64,000 bases of DNA from Antedon mediterranea (lineage: Eukaryota > Animalia > Echinodermata), in contig NC_092676.1 of NCBI RefSeq assembly GCF_964355755.1, forward strand, positions 15,766,871-15,830,870. The letters run 5' to 3'. Made by a program: the position numbers and the translations under genes. Position 1 is the first letter of the stretch. Every line of letters starts with the position of its first letter. The notes beneath the pieces are model-generated. The model searched no databases. It was not told the DNA's origin and saw only the letters and a program-made list of their open reading frames with translations. Below are positions 1-23,404 of the stretch, piece after piece.

Positions 1-898
1 TTCTATAAACAAATGAAATATTGCTAGCCTATTGTCTGTCCATCACAATATTTGACTCACAATTGGCAAACAATTGCATCTGTAGGAGTTCAGTCAATTA
101 CACAAAATCAATTGTAGATCAACACCGTCATATGATACTAGCATCTTTATGTCTACTGTGCAAGACAATGTGGTATGGCACAAGAGAACAAAACATTCAT
201 TTTGTACATTCATTATTCTAACTAGTCATGTGGATATTTGGTTTGTGTCAGTGAGGATATTGACTTGTTAAACAAGTGTTTTAGGATCAACAAAAGATTG
301 TCTAATATTATATCATCATGTGTTTAATGAAGTGGTGAATTATTAATTTATGAAATCATTGTTAATTGCGAATGCTTTATTCCACCTGTTGCTTGCAGTT
401 TCTTTCTTTAGTTGAGCTGGAATTTAATTTGTTAGGTATCAAACAGGCGATACTCTTACACAAGCCTGATTGGAGACAATTTGTTTGTGAAAACAATCAA
501 GCAGCCGGTCCTCGGTTTGGATGAACGTCACCAGACAGAAATGTCTTTCTTTTTTGCCTCTTATCTTCATCCTTTTTATCGAAGAACGAAAGAGGCAAAG
601 GTTAACCATTCATGGTTTCAATAATGAAAAAAACGTAAACGTATTTGTAAAACAAGATTTCGGCTCTAACCAATAACCAGTGAGTATACTTCCTAGTGAG
701 GGCGAAATTTAATTTCCAGGTCCTTTGTATTTCATTTAGGTAAAGATATCCTCATGTCTTGTGTGTCAATTTTAGATCCAAGGTCAATTTTTAAAATATG
801 TTTGAAAGTGTCCAAGGGATTTACTAAGTCAACTAGGCCATTTATCTTTTGGCCAGGCTATGGCGCGCCAAACTGTCATTTATTTAGAAATAAAGATA

Positions 899-1302
899 AA
901 TAGAATTCTGTCTTTTTAAGAGGGCTATAATTGAGAAAAATATGCCCATATTCTACAGTCCACAGAATGTCTCGGGACTGTTTTTCACTACAAAATGTAA
1001 AATACTTTTTACCTCATTCAAATCATCTGTCTTATTGACAAAATGTACCTCTTTTACACTCCCACTCGTTCGTTCTACCAAATTTTTACCTTCTCCATCA
1101 TCAGATGAGATGAGATGGCTGGTCTACGGTAGCTAGTCAACAACATGTGCGTGTCGATGAAGCAAGTTTGAACATGCTATCATGGAATTTCTTTTTAAGA
1201 AAAGCTTTCCTTGTTTTCGAAATAAATTATCCTAGAATTCCGTCTTTCCAAGGTAATTATCGTGGAAAGACGTAAATTATCTTAAAAAGACGGAATTCTA
1301 TT
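899..1302. mobile_element. Probable MITE / inverted-repeat element
   Basis: tagaattctgtctttttaag at 901 is the inverse of cttaaaaagacggaattcta at 1281; a further internal copy tagaattccgtcttt lies at about 1233. Confidence 0.5.
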
Positions 1303-1682
1303 CCGGAAAGACGTCATAATTACTACTTTATTCCGTGTTCCAAGATAATTTCATGTTGGTATCTCCATGATTTTGCTGTATTTTATAACATTTACTAGTA
1401 TAGCTTATTAGCAGTAAGCCAAGTGTGATTGACAGGTCATTAATAAAGATTTCAAATAAAGCATCAATTGAATTATTTGTATAGAATAATGTAGTAAGAT
1501 CCACGAACTAGATAACTTAAAGTGTGTGTGTCACAAACATTAGATAAGTCATTAACAGTAAACATCAACCAATAATAAAAAATCTCACCCATATGGCACC
1601 CCACAAGATACCTACTCTTTATTTTGTATGGATTTACACAGAAAATATCTTTGATGTCAATAATAAGGTTATACATGTATAT

Positions 1683-1834
1683 GCTCGACTCCTTGGATTG
1701 TAGGCCTATTACTGTAGATCTTTGGGAGTGGAGTAATTTGGTCCTTAGAAAAAATCCTGACATGTGACGTGACTTGAACTCAGGACCCTTGGAGTTGTAG
1801 ACAAGCATCATAACCACAAAGCCACAACTCCACT
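1683..1834 (-). mobile_element. tRNA-derived SINE head (degenerate)
   Basis: The minus strand reads gtggctttgtggttatgatgcttgtctacaactccaagggtcctgagttcaagtc, with Pol III A-box-like and B-box-like motifs at tRNA spacing but no intact cloverleaf. Confidence 0.6.
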
Positions 1835-3942
1835 ATTGTTTGAGGTAAAAATTTATTTACAATTTGTTTATTTAAAGCCAGTATTTACATTGGTGGATTA
1901 GATGTCTTGTATAATATCGCCATGTTTTAGTAATAAAATGAAGCAGAATATTGCAGCTCTGTATGTACCGTACCCCATGCCCAAATATTATGTATTTTTT
2001 GAACATTTATACAATAATTTCAATTTAAGTAGGTTGTTGTAAAGTATTACATAAACAATCTAATTAACCATGTTGTTCTCTTAATACCATCTGGCTAAAC
2101 TTTGATGACCCGAACAAGTCTGTTAAGGAGTCATGGAACAGTTTATATGTGCATTGTTTAATAAAGTTAGCAGTTTAGCTAATTTTGTGTTGAACAATGG
2201 ATTAGTAACACCTCTGATGAACTAGACATATGCACCTTTGGGTTCACCCAGAGGGCCTGCAGATGGCACAAATTCATGAATAAAGTAACAATTTATGTTT
2301 TTTTGTAGCAGATTTTGCATGCCCTATAGTAATAGGACATTTTGGCTAATTCAATCCTGTTTTGGAAATAAATATCATCTGTGGGATAGGAGTGTGCTCC
2401 TTGTATTATGCAACAAGGTGTTTTATAATTAATAGTATTATGAAACATGAAATGGAAAAATGATTTATCGGTACAAATTTATATTTGAATTCTATGTTAA
2501 AATAATGAATTATATAAAATAATGTTTACAAATATAATGTTAACACTTCTGTTTGGTCATAGATTAATATTGCAACTATCTTTTACAGGAAATCATTTTA
2601 ACTGTAAAAATGTATTTGTTAGCTACATTGATTAAACTGTATGTAGTTTTTAGGTATTTTTTTGTATTCTGTGCTAGATTTTTTCATGCATGTAATACTT
2701 GCTGCCAATTATACACTTTAATGCTGGCACCGACAAACAACTAACTTTCAGGTTAGTTCAACTCAATCACCTGGAATAATCACATAAGTGCTGACCAATC
2801 ACCTGGAATCTATACAACTTTCAAAGTTAGTTTTCCAAAGCTCTTTGAATATCAAAACACACTGATTAGGTAACGCAAACTTGGCTTAATAGACGATGCA
2901 AAGAATGTGAAACAAACTTGATAGCAATACGGGTAGACGCTGTTTTTTTTGGGAAGGTGAAAATATAAAGGCCTCATTTTTTACAGTATTTCTTGCTAAT
3001 GAAATGACCTGACACTCAATTTTACCGTACTCATAATTTAGCTCATTTTGAATGCGAAATAAACATCAACTCAATGAATGCCTCTAAATATATTAGAAGA
3101 GCCCAAGTCCACATCATATTTTGTTGAATTATGCACTCTTGTTTGTATGACACTGTGACAGCTTATGTAGACAGATATTGTCAAGCTGCTCATCTTCATC
3201 TTCTAATCGATAGGATTTTCACCTGATGGCCTACATTATCCTTTGTTATTAGTTCATGTATGAGATGCTGGGTTGCTTTGCTCAAATATTTGTTGAGTTT
3301 TACGACATCATTCTTCTTAACTTGGAGTGTTTAGCACTGCCCAGTTGGCAGGGTAGGCTTAACATTGGGCTTCAGTCAGGTAAATCGGAGGCAATTCAAT
3401 CCCATCATGACTCTTGAACTTCATTGGGATGTGCCTTGTTAAAGCAAAGATGCTTCTACTGTGATACAACGGGTAACGATCAGTGTTTTGCTTGTTAACT
3501 ACTTGAAGTAGCTCAATAGATGGCCGAAGAAATCCTGTATTACTTCAAACACTCTTGAACCATTAACAATCCATCCGTCAAACACTCCAATCTATCTCAT
3601 CCTCTTCTTCTCAAGTGTCTGTCACATAGTAAGCCATCTGAATACACATTCACTTTCTTTTACGTCTTCTGCTTCATCAGTGTTACATTCTAGTCTATTC
3701 TCACAGTTGGTACTTATCATTATATATGCCAAATTGTTTTGAATGGCGTACGTTTCCTGCCAGCCATTATGATAAATTACGTTCAATTTTAGCATAGTTT
3801 CAAATTTCAATTTAAAATTGGGGTGTTTTAAAGACCACTGAAATATGCTACATGATCGTCCTGGCTCATCCATAGGATAGTGACTTAAAAATAACGATTC
3901 TATATATACAGTACTACTGAAAAATATTAAAGAAATTAAATG

Positions 3943-4757
3943 TTATACCTTCCAGTGTCTTTCAATATGTTCGGTATGAACACTAAATGTGTCTTCACCA
4001 TAACGTGATACCATATATTTTGCCACCAGGGTGTTTTCCAACCCCATATCCGTACGCACCTTTGTAGGGATGCCGTAATTACCAACAGCACCCAGGAATC
4101 TTTTCAATACGGTCTCTGCTCTATTATTAGAGCTGCACTTACAAAAACTGGCAAGCGTGTAAAACCGTTGATTGCCCATGTACCACAATTCGCCATCTGC
4201 GACAGATAATATTTACAAAATTAAAACAATAATAATTAATATTTTTCAGTCATATGGTAACCTGCAAGCGTGTAAAACCGTTGATTGCCCATGTACCACA
4301 ATTCGCCATCTGCGACAGATAATATTTACAAAATTAAAACAATAATAATTAATATTTTTCAGTCATATGGTAACCTGCAAGCGTGTAAAACCGTTGATTG
4401 CCCATGTACCACAAATCGCCATCTGCGACAGATAATATTTACAAAATTAAAACAATAATAATTAATATTTTTCAGTCATATGGTAACCATTAAACATGGT
4501 GTTATTGAATAAACAGGGTTATACCTAATGAGTTTATGGTTTCCATCCATTAGCCAGAAGGCATTTGGTCCAGCAAACGCTGTATACTCTGCACCACATA
4601 GTTTTCGCTTTGCGTGTTTCAATGCCTTCCGCATCTGCTCTTTTTGTAAACTAAATGCGTTCCATAAGTTTTGGAAAGGAAACCATTCTTTGGAGGTTTT
4701 TTTAAACAGACCCTTAAGTTTTGATAAAAAATGAACACTCCCAGAAGACATGCTCAT
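3943..4757 (-). pseudogene. Degenerate intron-containing integrase-core (DDE) transposase remnant, possibly IS3EU-like
   Basis: GPNAFWLMDGNHKLIR | intron | WRIVVHG (frameshift) AINGFTRL..CSSNNRAETVLKRFLGAVGNYGIPTKVRTDMGLENTLVAKYM..SVHTEHIERHWK. This matches the recalled WHIDGNHKLIRW..HGGIDG..RVRSD.G.EN..SVHNQRIERLW integrase-core family. It is frameshifted and internally deleted. Confidence 0.75.
4151..4489. repeat. Tandem repeat, 113-bp unit x3
   Basis: Unit gcaagcgtgtaaaaccgttgattgcccatgtaccacaattcgccatctgcgacag...catatggtaacc starts at 4151, 4264 and 4377; copies are near-identical. Confidence 0.95.
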
Positions 4758-7700
4758 ACCAATCTAATTTGTAATGTTTCTTAATAGGTTAAAGGTCAAT
4801 GCTGAAAAGTACTGTAACATATGATTTGGTTGTTGTAAATATTATTAATACTATTTTTAATGCTTTAGATTTACTACTGACATTATGGTGTTTATAAATT
4901 ATTGTGTGACAAGGAAGTTTATGATTTAACCAATTATTAGAAATAAATTGGAAACATCTTTAACATTCCAAGTTGTGCCAACATATGTACATTTTGGATA
5001 TAAAATGTGTATAAAGTGTTATGTTTTATGCATTGGTTTTGATCTTGTAATTGCCATCTTGTGACATTATTTTTATTTAATGATTTATACTAAGGATTTT
5101 TCAGTAATAATAATAATAATAATAACAACTTTTTTTTTTAAATAGATGCAACACTTGAATCACCATATTGGTGTTTTTCACAAGGCCGTTACTACAAAAC
5201 TATTTACACAAGTTATCATTTACAGTACATATGATTTTTTTTTAATGAATTCAAGAGAGTGGTGGGGGAACCACAAGCTCATTTTTAAACAAATCTATCA
5301 GTAAATTTTGTGAAAAAAGTTTAAATTGTGTATTTTTATAATAATTTATTTATAAATGTTTTAGAATATTTTGCTATAACCTTCTATTATGAGGAACTGT
5401 TGTCAGTAATATAAACATTTTCTTCTCTCTTTTTATGAATATTTTAAAGTTTATATAAAATGTGTTGGAGGGCCTTAAGTTTACTAAACCATGGGCCTTA
5501 GCCACCCCTCCCCCCACCACTGTGTTACACCACTAGGAAACCTAATTATCCAGTTTTGGCAGAGTTGGTTATATGCAATGCAAAGTACTGTAATTGTTTG
5601 TTTATGTAGTTACTTATTTTTACCATATTATATTAGTTGAATGCTAATTGTACGTGATGTTTTTCATCTGTCTAAAAATTGTACATATTTCATTTGCCTT
5701 CTATGATTTTAATTGATGAATAAATATGTACCTTTGAATAATTTGAATGAAAAGAAGTTTTGTTTTGTGAATTCCTAATATTTCATGCTGTCTTGTGTTT
5801 ATTAATTATACCATAAATTGCAGTCCACATTTTATAAATAGAAGCCATTGAAATACTGTGTTATTTGTAAAATGACATATTTTGAGTTCCTAATACGTGA
5901 CTAAATGGCTTCAACAATAGCTGTAGTAGTATGTGTATTATGAGTTATTGAAGCATATACAATATTTCTTTAAACTTTTTAAATATGGGTATTATACAGA
6001 GGTGGGGTTGTAAATTACCGGTTTTAAATGTGAATTCAAGCAAGTATCGTTGTTGAATAAGCCGGTGATTATCGCGGGAAATAATACTGCAACGTAGCCA
6101 GACAATAAAAGTGTGATGTTTGGTTAAAATTCAAGAAACTTAGGTAAGTATATTTACCAAATTACCTTTATATTGAAGTTTTGTCGATGGAATGGTTATA
6201 GGAAATAGTTTTTGTAAATTTTAAACTGCTGATATAAATTTATACTGCCATGTATTATTTATCTGTATTATTAACTGTTAAATATCACTTTATTTTTCAT
6301 TAAAATAATAACATCCTGGATTTTTTTGCCTAATGTTGTGAAACCTTTAAGCGCTGTACAAGACACTGAGAGAAAAAGTTAAAGCCAAACCGAAGTATGG
6401 AGATACGCCCTCGTCTCGGTCTCAAATTTAACCCTGGTGAGCACCAGTTGTGTCTCAGTCATCCCGGACTCGGGCGCCTTTTACCCTAGTAAAAAACTGT
6501 TTTGATATATTTGGTACATTTGAAAATCTCAGTTAATTGGTAGGACATCATTCAAAAAAGTTATAAAACAAATAAAAAATGAGAATGTCATTTAAAATGA
6601 TATAGTATAAAACTACTCTGTAGTAAATAATATTCTTGGCATTTAATCTCTGTTTTTATTGTGAAATGCTACTAAAAACTAATAAGATTAATCATTGTTA
6701 TTTATTGTATTACTGTATCCAGTATTAAAGGTATGTTTACTTTATTTTTTGTAACAATTGGTCAACTTTAATCAGGTTCATTGTCACAAGTCGCAAATTT
6801 AAGTCTCTTTATTCCCCTATCAGGTAATGTTTATCTTTCACTACAGTGTTTGTGTTTGTTGAGGTGTTCTCAATAGAATAATTAGTGAAATATCCACAGC
6901 TTTTCAATAGAAATTTATCTTGGATTGTTAGATAACAATCTATATAGAAATCCATATAATCTGTTTTTTCCCCCATTATTTACAATGGTTTTTGTATTTC
7001 CTTTACTATAACTTATTTAGGGTACATTCAGACTCGCAGCTTAAATGTACAAAGGGTCAAAATAACAGGTCTTTTCATAAATTATGTATTAAAAGATGAC
7101 TAAAAAATGAAAGATGTATCAATGTCTATTACAAGTACAGTGTTTCATATTCTAGACTGATTAATTGATAGTCAACTCTCTTGAACCATCCATGGGTCAC
7201 TCAAAAAATATAATTTTTACATAGGCCTAGTAAAGAAGATTTTGGACCTGAATGACTTGTGGTTTGTGAGCTGGTTCGTTGACACTTTCCATTTACGGTA
7301 GGATCATCACAAAAGGAGAGAATTACATTTGAAGGGTTTTATATGAGGTGTGGTAAATCTAACTGGATTAGTGTTCTGAAATCTTTACAAAAGTTGCATT
7401 TGTCATAGAAGCAGATTATGATTGATGAATCAGAGAAACAACTTGATAAAATTTGTTAACCACTAACGCCATATGCCAAGCACTAAATGAAGATTAATAG
7501 ATCCTGCTCAATTGCAGCACTCAATTTAATAACTACTAAGTACTTTGCATCCATAACCAACAATATAATTATTATAATAATTAATTAATAATAATTATGG
7601 CTATTTTGGCGTTTTGTATGAACAAAAAAGTAAAGAAGGGATAAGCCTACAGTAACATGGCAAAACATAATTAAAGTCTAAAGTTTGTGTGCAATATTGA

Positions 7701-9904
7701 TTGAGTAGGTTCCAAAATAGAGGCTATAAAAATTTATTTTGTTTTATTCAATTATACAGTATGTAAATTCCTTGTAAACCCACATCAAGCTGTACCATAA
7801 AGCCTTGTATATATAAATTACTATAACACCCCTATTCTAATAGTGAGAATGGTCCATTGCCTATTAGCCAATCAGAATTAGCCTTGCCTAAGGGTCTACT
7901 TTCGTTTTCATTGCTAAATACAGAGAAGTGCACAGTTTAGTAGTGTGAAAAGTCTTGATGCTTGAGTTTAGTGAGATATTAACTAATTAAGTACCAGTAA
8001 AATAGACAGATCAAAGTAGCCAAGGACCTAGTTGCTTTGTAGTTGCTAGTAAGGCAGTGTAAATACATGATGTAATATCAGTATTCTACAGGATATAACA
8101 TGTGTGTGTTGATTTTACTAATTTAATTTCAGTAATTAAAGGTAAGATATAAGTTATTTCATTGCAATATAGTAATAGTAGTTATTAGTAGTAGACTTTT
8201 CATTGAAACAAAATAAAGTGATGATAGTGTAGTGGAGTTAGGCCTTCCTATTCCAGGACCTATTTCAGTTCAGTTGCCTGGACATTTCTTTACTCATGCC
8301 TGATACAACTCATATATGAGGCCTACGTTTAGAAAGCCCAGGTTTATTCTGGTATTCCAGTACAGCAATAAAGGGTCCTACTAAGCACTACACAATGATA
8401 CATATAACATGCCCCTAACCCTATCATCAACATAACCCCTGAATAATTATTACCTCACTCCTAAATATAACAGAACTTATACCCTCTAAATACTACCTTG
8501 TGGATGTGGTGTTTAGTAGTAGGAGCAGTATTAGAGGATGGATGGAGCTGAGTAGCTTTTACAAACCATCAAAAACTGTTAATGAGGCTCTAATTTCATT
8601 TTTGTTTTAGCTGTAGCTTCATAACGTTTTTCAAAACCTTGTCTTTCTCATTGTTGGAGAGAAGTACAGTAGAAATATTTTGAAACTAGGATACTAATAG
8701 GTTGCTGCATCATAATCGGCTCAACATGGATTTCCCAGGTGCATTAAGTGTAGCAAGCGTTTGCAGAATTATCATACGACCCCAGTTTTGTTGCTACTTT
8801 TTAAATTAAGTTTCAATAACATTCACACGTCTTATTTTTGTTCTTAATCTGCCTATTCACTAAGCTTATATTGTAACAATAGCATACCATTCTCCACAAG
8901 TTTAGAGAAAAAATAGTGTAAACACAATGCTACAATGGAAGCAATTCTATAGATTGTGAAAATCTGGTGGAAAATCTGCTTATAAAAACCTTGAACTAGT
9001 CTTTGTTTGGGGAATTTTGTAACATTCCAAATGTATTCAAAATGTTAGGTGGTAAGGTATAGTTTAATTATTATTGTATTACGAGTTGATTTTAAATGAT
9101 GTTATCAACAAACTGAGGTACAGATTTTTGACATGATAAATTGGTTGTATTTGTCTTTTGAATTTTATGTGTGCCTAAAATGGTTAAAAAGATGTTTCTG
9201 GTCCAGATATATCCAAATACTTGATACTTTTCATTAGAACTGATAACCTATGCAAAATGTAGGTAAAAAGAGGTGTACACACTGTAGCACTAAACATACT
9301 GTAGAGTGAATTGTGAAAAGCCTGCGCACCATGCTACAAATAACAATAATTTTCTATTCATCAACAAAAAGTGGACTGGCTACACTTAAATTACTTTATT
9401 GTGAATATATGACAATTTCATACAACAATGTCTATAAACTTCAGAAGCCTTGAAACTTGTCTCATATACAACCTTCCAGAAACTAGAATCACAAACAATC
9501 AGCTAGACAACTATATGGAATCATTTTATTTTATCCATATCAGTTTTGTGTATTATCATAAAAATTAATAGTCATGGTCATCCTATTTTATATTCATATA
9601 AGTTTGCTTCAAATTAGGCATGTGAAATGTCTAGACAAGCATGTCAAGAACATTTATTTTTATTCATACAGAACAACACAATGTTAATTAATACTATATA
9701 CACAAACTAATGTAATATATATTATTACAATCTGTTTTTAATTTGTCTTTACCAACCAGTATGCATGTTTTATGTTACAATTAAATACAATTTGACATGT
9801 TTAAGTTGTAAATTTATTTTAAAGTTAATTGGCACACTGAGCCGTGTAACAGAAGAACATTTCACTTTCTCCCCAAGGAACTGTTGGCTAACATGTATTT
9901 AGCT

Positions 9905-10130
9905 TTACTTACTTACTTACTTACTTACTTGTTTCCGGAGCTCAGCAATGCTGGGTCCAGAGTCGAGGCTAGGCTATACCTATAAGCCCCTCTTGATAAT
10001 TACATCAACTCTTGAATATGGCGCAAATTTAAGAGGGTGGTTGGACCATGCCCGTTCAAGACCGGACTTAAATTGATTGGTTGATCTTGAAGCTACTACA
10101 TCCTCCGATAACCTTTAGAGGTATAGAACA
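9905..10130 (-). mobile_element. Probable retroposon 3' end with (TAAG)n tail
   Basis: (tact)n microsatellite at 9906-9930 abuts about 200 nt of GC-richer sequence. Confidence 0.35.
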
Positions 10131-10439
10131 TAGGCCTACTATAATTGCAAAGATGTATCTTTAGGGCTTAGAATTGCAATATGTTGCTATGGGCATGGCT
10201 CATATGCATGTACAGTCATTTTACTTTATGGAAATTATAAATTATAGTAGGCCTACACAACATATTGTGTTGAAATTAAACTTCCACCACAATTCTATAT
10301 TTGTCATATTTTGGTTTTCTAATATTTTTTTTTCTTTTTTGGCAATTTATGTAGCTAAATGCTTGTGTTTTTATTTTCAGGTCTCAAATTCAGTGCTTTA
10401 AGAAACTTCATTTGAAGTTATACTGTTGCAGATGTTAAA

Positions 10440-19334
<8,895 letters not shown>

Positions 19335-20329
19335 TAATATATAATGTTTCCCTCATTGTATTTAGGAAAACTTATTTTGTAACAATTTTTTAAAGGAAAT
19401 TCTACATTGAATCAAACAAACGTGAAAACAAAGTTTTTGTGAACATTGTTCACATTTTGTGTGCTTGTAATGGTAAAAAATATATCTTGCTTAAGTATGT
19501 GATAGTAAAAACATTTTTGTGTAATGCAGGGTATAATTTGTATAGAAAGACAATGTATTTATATTTATAATGATAAGCAGACATAATTTAATGTTATGAA
19601 TAGTGTTTATTAATATGTAATTTATTTTATTAAATTTGTGCCAAATATTATAGTTCATTAGAAGTAGCTAAGGAAACGAAAATGTTAACATTTATTTATT
19701 ATTTTTATTATTTAACCTGTTAATATTATTTTGTATAGTTTCTAAACAACTCAAACACATTTAAAGATATTGTAGATGTCAGAAAAGTCTTCTCAAAATA
19801 TTCTTCATAAATACAAGATTATAGAAACTATCTTAAGCTGTTACTACTGTGTGTACTGTATTTTTTTGGATGAGTATTAAGAGAATATTTTAAAGAATGC
19901 CAGTCCCTATAGCATCAATATCTCATAGGCATATTGTGTGACGCGAATGAAAAATATCTAATTTAAAATGTTGTTGTTTTTAAAGAAATAAAGTATACAC
20001 CTTAAATAAAATATAGTTTTTTTTATTGAATTGTTAAAATGTAATTATGAAACATTACATGGGGTGAAGTTCGCAGGAGACAAAATAATTGTTAACTATA
20101 GTTTTTTAGGTGATTGCACTAATCTGATCACCTATTGTGTTGTACTGTTTTTTTATTTTCCCATTGCAGCCATTTCCTTAAAACAAAGGAACACAAAATC
20201 TTATTTTTGACCACCAGACAGAGATTCCCTTTTTTTCGATGTCATCAGTTCCCTGCATCATATATTTCCAGTTTTATGAAATTCTTTGATCATAATATTT
20301 CTAATAAAACGATACTGCTTCATGGCACA

Positions 20330-20452
20330 ACACTAGTTTGACAAGAAAGTGTGATGTGCCCAAATATATGGTCGTGATATGACGTCATCGTGTCCATATG
20401 TGGCCACATCACACTTTTTTGTCACATAAAGTTTAATAGTGTAGACAGAGCT
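20330..20452. mobile_element. MITE (family B), left end truncated
   Basis: gtgtgatgtgcccaaatat..gtgatatgacgtcat..ccacatcacac..aagtttaatagtgtagacagag matches 34905-35025. Confidence 0.7.
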
Positions 20453-21249
20453 ATAGGATAAACCCCAAAAATAAACATTTATGAGGAAAAGCATCTACCG
20501 AATCTTCTTCTTTTCATTGACTTTAAAAAGGCTTTCGGTAAAGTTGAGTGGATTATCAAAGACTATTCGCTGCATCGTTAAGGTTTTGGTAAAAATTAAA
20601 ATAAACCAAAATATGCCTAACGACAAAACCGGTTTAGTGGCATCGTTTACTCGGCTCAAGAGGACCGCAGAGCATGCAGGGGAAAAAGATCCGAATACAG
20701 TAATTAAGTATAACAAAATCTATAATAGTATACTGTATTTAGAAAACGGTCCTTCAAACGTCCCTTATAAACAAGCATTAACATATCGACCTTCTGTCCC
20801 CAGTGAAGGTCCACCTTATTGCCAAAACCAGGACATTCCATCAAGTTACGTGATTAACTTGCGTCAGAGTTTTTCTCTATCTTCGCAATATTGTTTATAA
20901 TTTGATATGTGCAAAACTCGGGTAAGTGCCGACTGACGACGCGATGTGCGTCAATCAGAAGGATATAATTTAAGTCAATGACGAATGATTTCATGTTAGT
21001 CTTCTTTCATTCAATCAATTATTGGACTCCTTTCAACGTTTCAAGGCGTTTGCATTTTGTAATAACAAAGGCAACTATGAAAGAGGTTCATTAAAAAAAT
21101 TTGTATTAAAAAAACAGTACCTTATTCGTTATCTTTCACCGTTACAACTGATAAAATAATAAAAAAAACGTATTTGTAACTAAATTTTCCTGGTAAAGTC
21201 AAAATGAAATTAAAAACATAATAGAAACAAAGTTCACTAACTGTATCTA

Positions 21250-21880
21250 CTTCTACCATTAAACTTCAAAAAGTCCAAAACAAAGCTATTCGTAGCCTTC
21301 TCCATCTTCCTCCTACTACTCATTTAACTTCTTTTCACTTCACCATTGCTAAATACCCTTCCTCTTCATAACAGATATCGATATCAACTTGGCTGTCTTA
21401 CCTTTGAAGCTCTTGCTCCTCAATCTATCTCTCAATTACTTGCTAAGATCACATCTAATGGCCATACGGCAGATCACTAACTGTGATCTCCTTCTACCCA
21501 GACCTTACTCACTTGTAAGTTACTTGGAACTTTTCAAACAGTCTTTTAGCTTCAATGCTCCAACTAGTTTTAATTCTCTTTCTTTAGATATACGACTTGC
21601 CTCATCCCCTACTTTTCCTTCAAATTTCTGCTCAAGAACCATCTTCTTGTTTGTTACTTCCTTTTTCCTCTTCTCTTCTGAGAGGGCCAATTTAATTTTT
21701 TATTCTAAATTTTTGTGCTTTATTTTATCTTTATAATTTATATTTATTTTAATTTAATTGTTATTGTTACATGTTTATGTCTTTTCATGATGTATTTCTG
21801 TGAGGGTCCCTAATGATCAGCTTTGGCTGGATAGTAGATAGACGACCCTCGTAAAATAATATTGAAATAAATAAATAAAT
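21250..21880 (+). mobile_element. 5'-truncated non-LTR retrotransposon 3' end
   Basis: KLQKVQNKAIR and FKQSFSFNAPTSFNSL..IRLASS resemble C-terminal motifs of CR1/L2-group ORF2, followed by a T-rich 3'UTR and a (TAAA)n tail at about 21866-21880. Confidence 0.7.
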
Positions 21881-22882
21881 CGTTCTTCTTTCTACCAACT
21901 CACAATACGGTTTTTTAATGGTCCCCTGATCCTCAAGGCTCGTTTTTAAATGACTTTTTAAAAGTTTTTTTACAAATGTATGTAGAACAATTAACAAGCC
22001 AACAAAATAAAACGAATAGTACTAGGCCTATAGGCCTACAACGCTGCAAAAGAAAATGGTGGTCTCTTGATCATTTAAAACGCCATTGTCGAGCTTTAAA
22101 GACATGTTGTATACAATACCATAGTCTAGTTAGAAAATCTTTATATTGAATATTTTAGAAAACTACGTTTAACGATTATTATATTTTAAGGATAACTTTT
22201 CAGCAGTTCACCAATTTGAAGTGCACTGGTTTGTATTAAAACATTTTACGATCATGGAGACGACGTTATTGCAATTCCAGGCTCATTAAATAGAGAGGGT
22301 CTAGTTTGGTAGCACATCGATTGACCGATTATAATGCCGTGCTTTTAATAGAGAATGTTCAAAATGTATGCAGTTATGAATTTATAATATTCGTAATGAA
22401 CTATTAGGCCTAGTATTAAAAATTTTTAATCTCCATTCTTCAGATATGAACAGGTACTAAACTTTAACACTTGTAGGATTCTCTAAAACAGCAATTCAAT
22501 ACGCGAACATTAAAATCCGACCTTGGTATGCGCGAAATGGGAGGACCATATAATACCAAGACCTACCAAATTGAAAGGGAAATGGGAATTCTTTGATATG
22601 GCATGGATGTTCTTTAGTCTCGTTTTTAGGTCTAGTCCATGAATTTCTTCATAGAACTGAGACTCAAATGACAAAACGTTTTCTGAGCCGGTGTAAGATT
22701 GAAATGTGTCCGGTGCCATTGAGTGTCCACCGGACAATTTTCAGCATTGAATAGTGTAAAACCAGCTGTTTAAAATGGTTGCAACCACCCGGGCAGTTTT
22801 CATCGATAAAAAAGTAGGACCATTGACTGTCACATCACCTTACCCTGTAAAAACTGGCCGCTGGACATTACCAACTCCCATT

Positions 22883-23215
22883 ATAGACCGGCAGCCCAGA
22901 GACATTTGGTTAGATGAGCTAGGTACCAATATCTGACTATTTAAGTGTGTTGGGGGTCTCTTTAAGCAGCAGAGAAAAAGTCTGTCGTTTGTGATACTGG
23001 TATAAGGATGTTAATGGGTAAAATTAGATGGTATCTCTCTCATTTAACCGGGGTCGATTTTTTAGCACGTTTCGGGGTTCCCCCGGTCTAGACGCAGCAG
23101 GGGGTACCCGGCAGACTCCCATTTTCATTGACTTAAAGTGACCCCCAACACACTTAAATAGTCAGATATTGGTACCTAGCTCATCTAACCAAATGTCTCT
23201 GGGCTGCCGATCTAT
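22883..23215. mobile_element. Foldback element / MITE with about 80-bp near-perfect TIRs
   Basis: atagaccggcagcccagagacatttggttagatgagctaggtaccaatatctgactatttaagtgtgttggggg is inverted at about 23141-23215. Confidence 0.85.
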
Positions 23216-23404
23216 TAGGGTAATTATGATTCCTTAAAATAACAACTTGAATCGCAAACAAAACAAAAAAATATGTCGATCCAAATAGGCCTAAATATTA
23301 TTCATATTGTTATATCAGAAGACATAGTCTTAAATTATTATACGACCTGTTGTTTACAGAACAGACATATCAATTTAAAGTAAATGAACGTAATTTGAAA
23401 AAAA

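Noticed and set aside
1740-1834. Possible tRNA gene
   Set aside because: A and B boxes are present but the stems do not pair into a cloverleaf; interpreted as a SINE head.
20481-20900. 139-aa plus-strand ORF
   Set aside because: No recognisable motif or splice context; it lies among repeat fragments.
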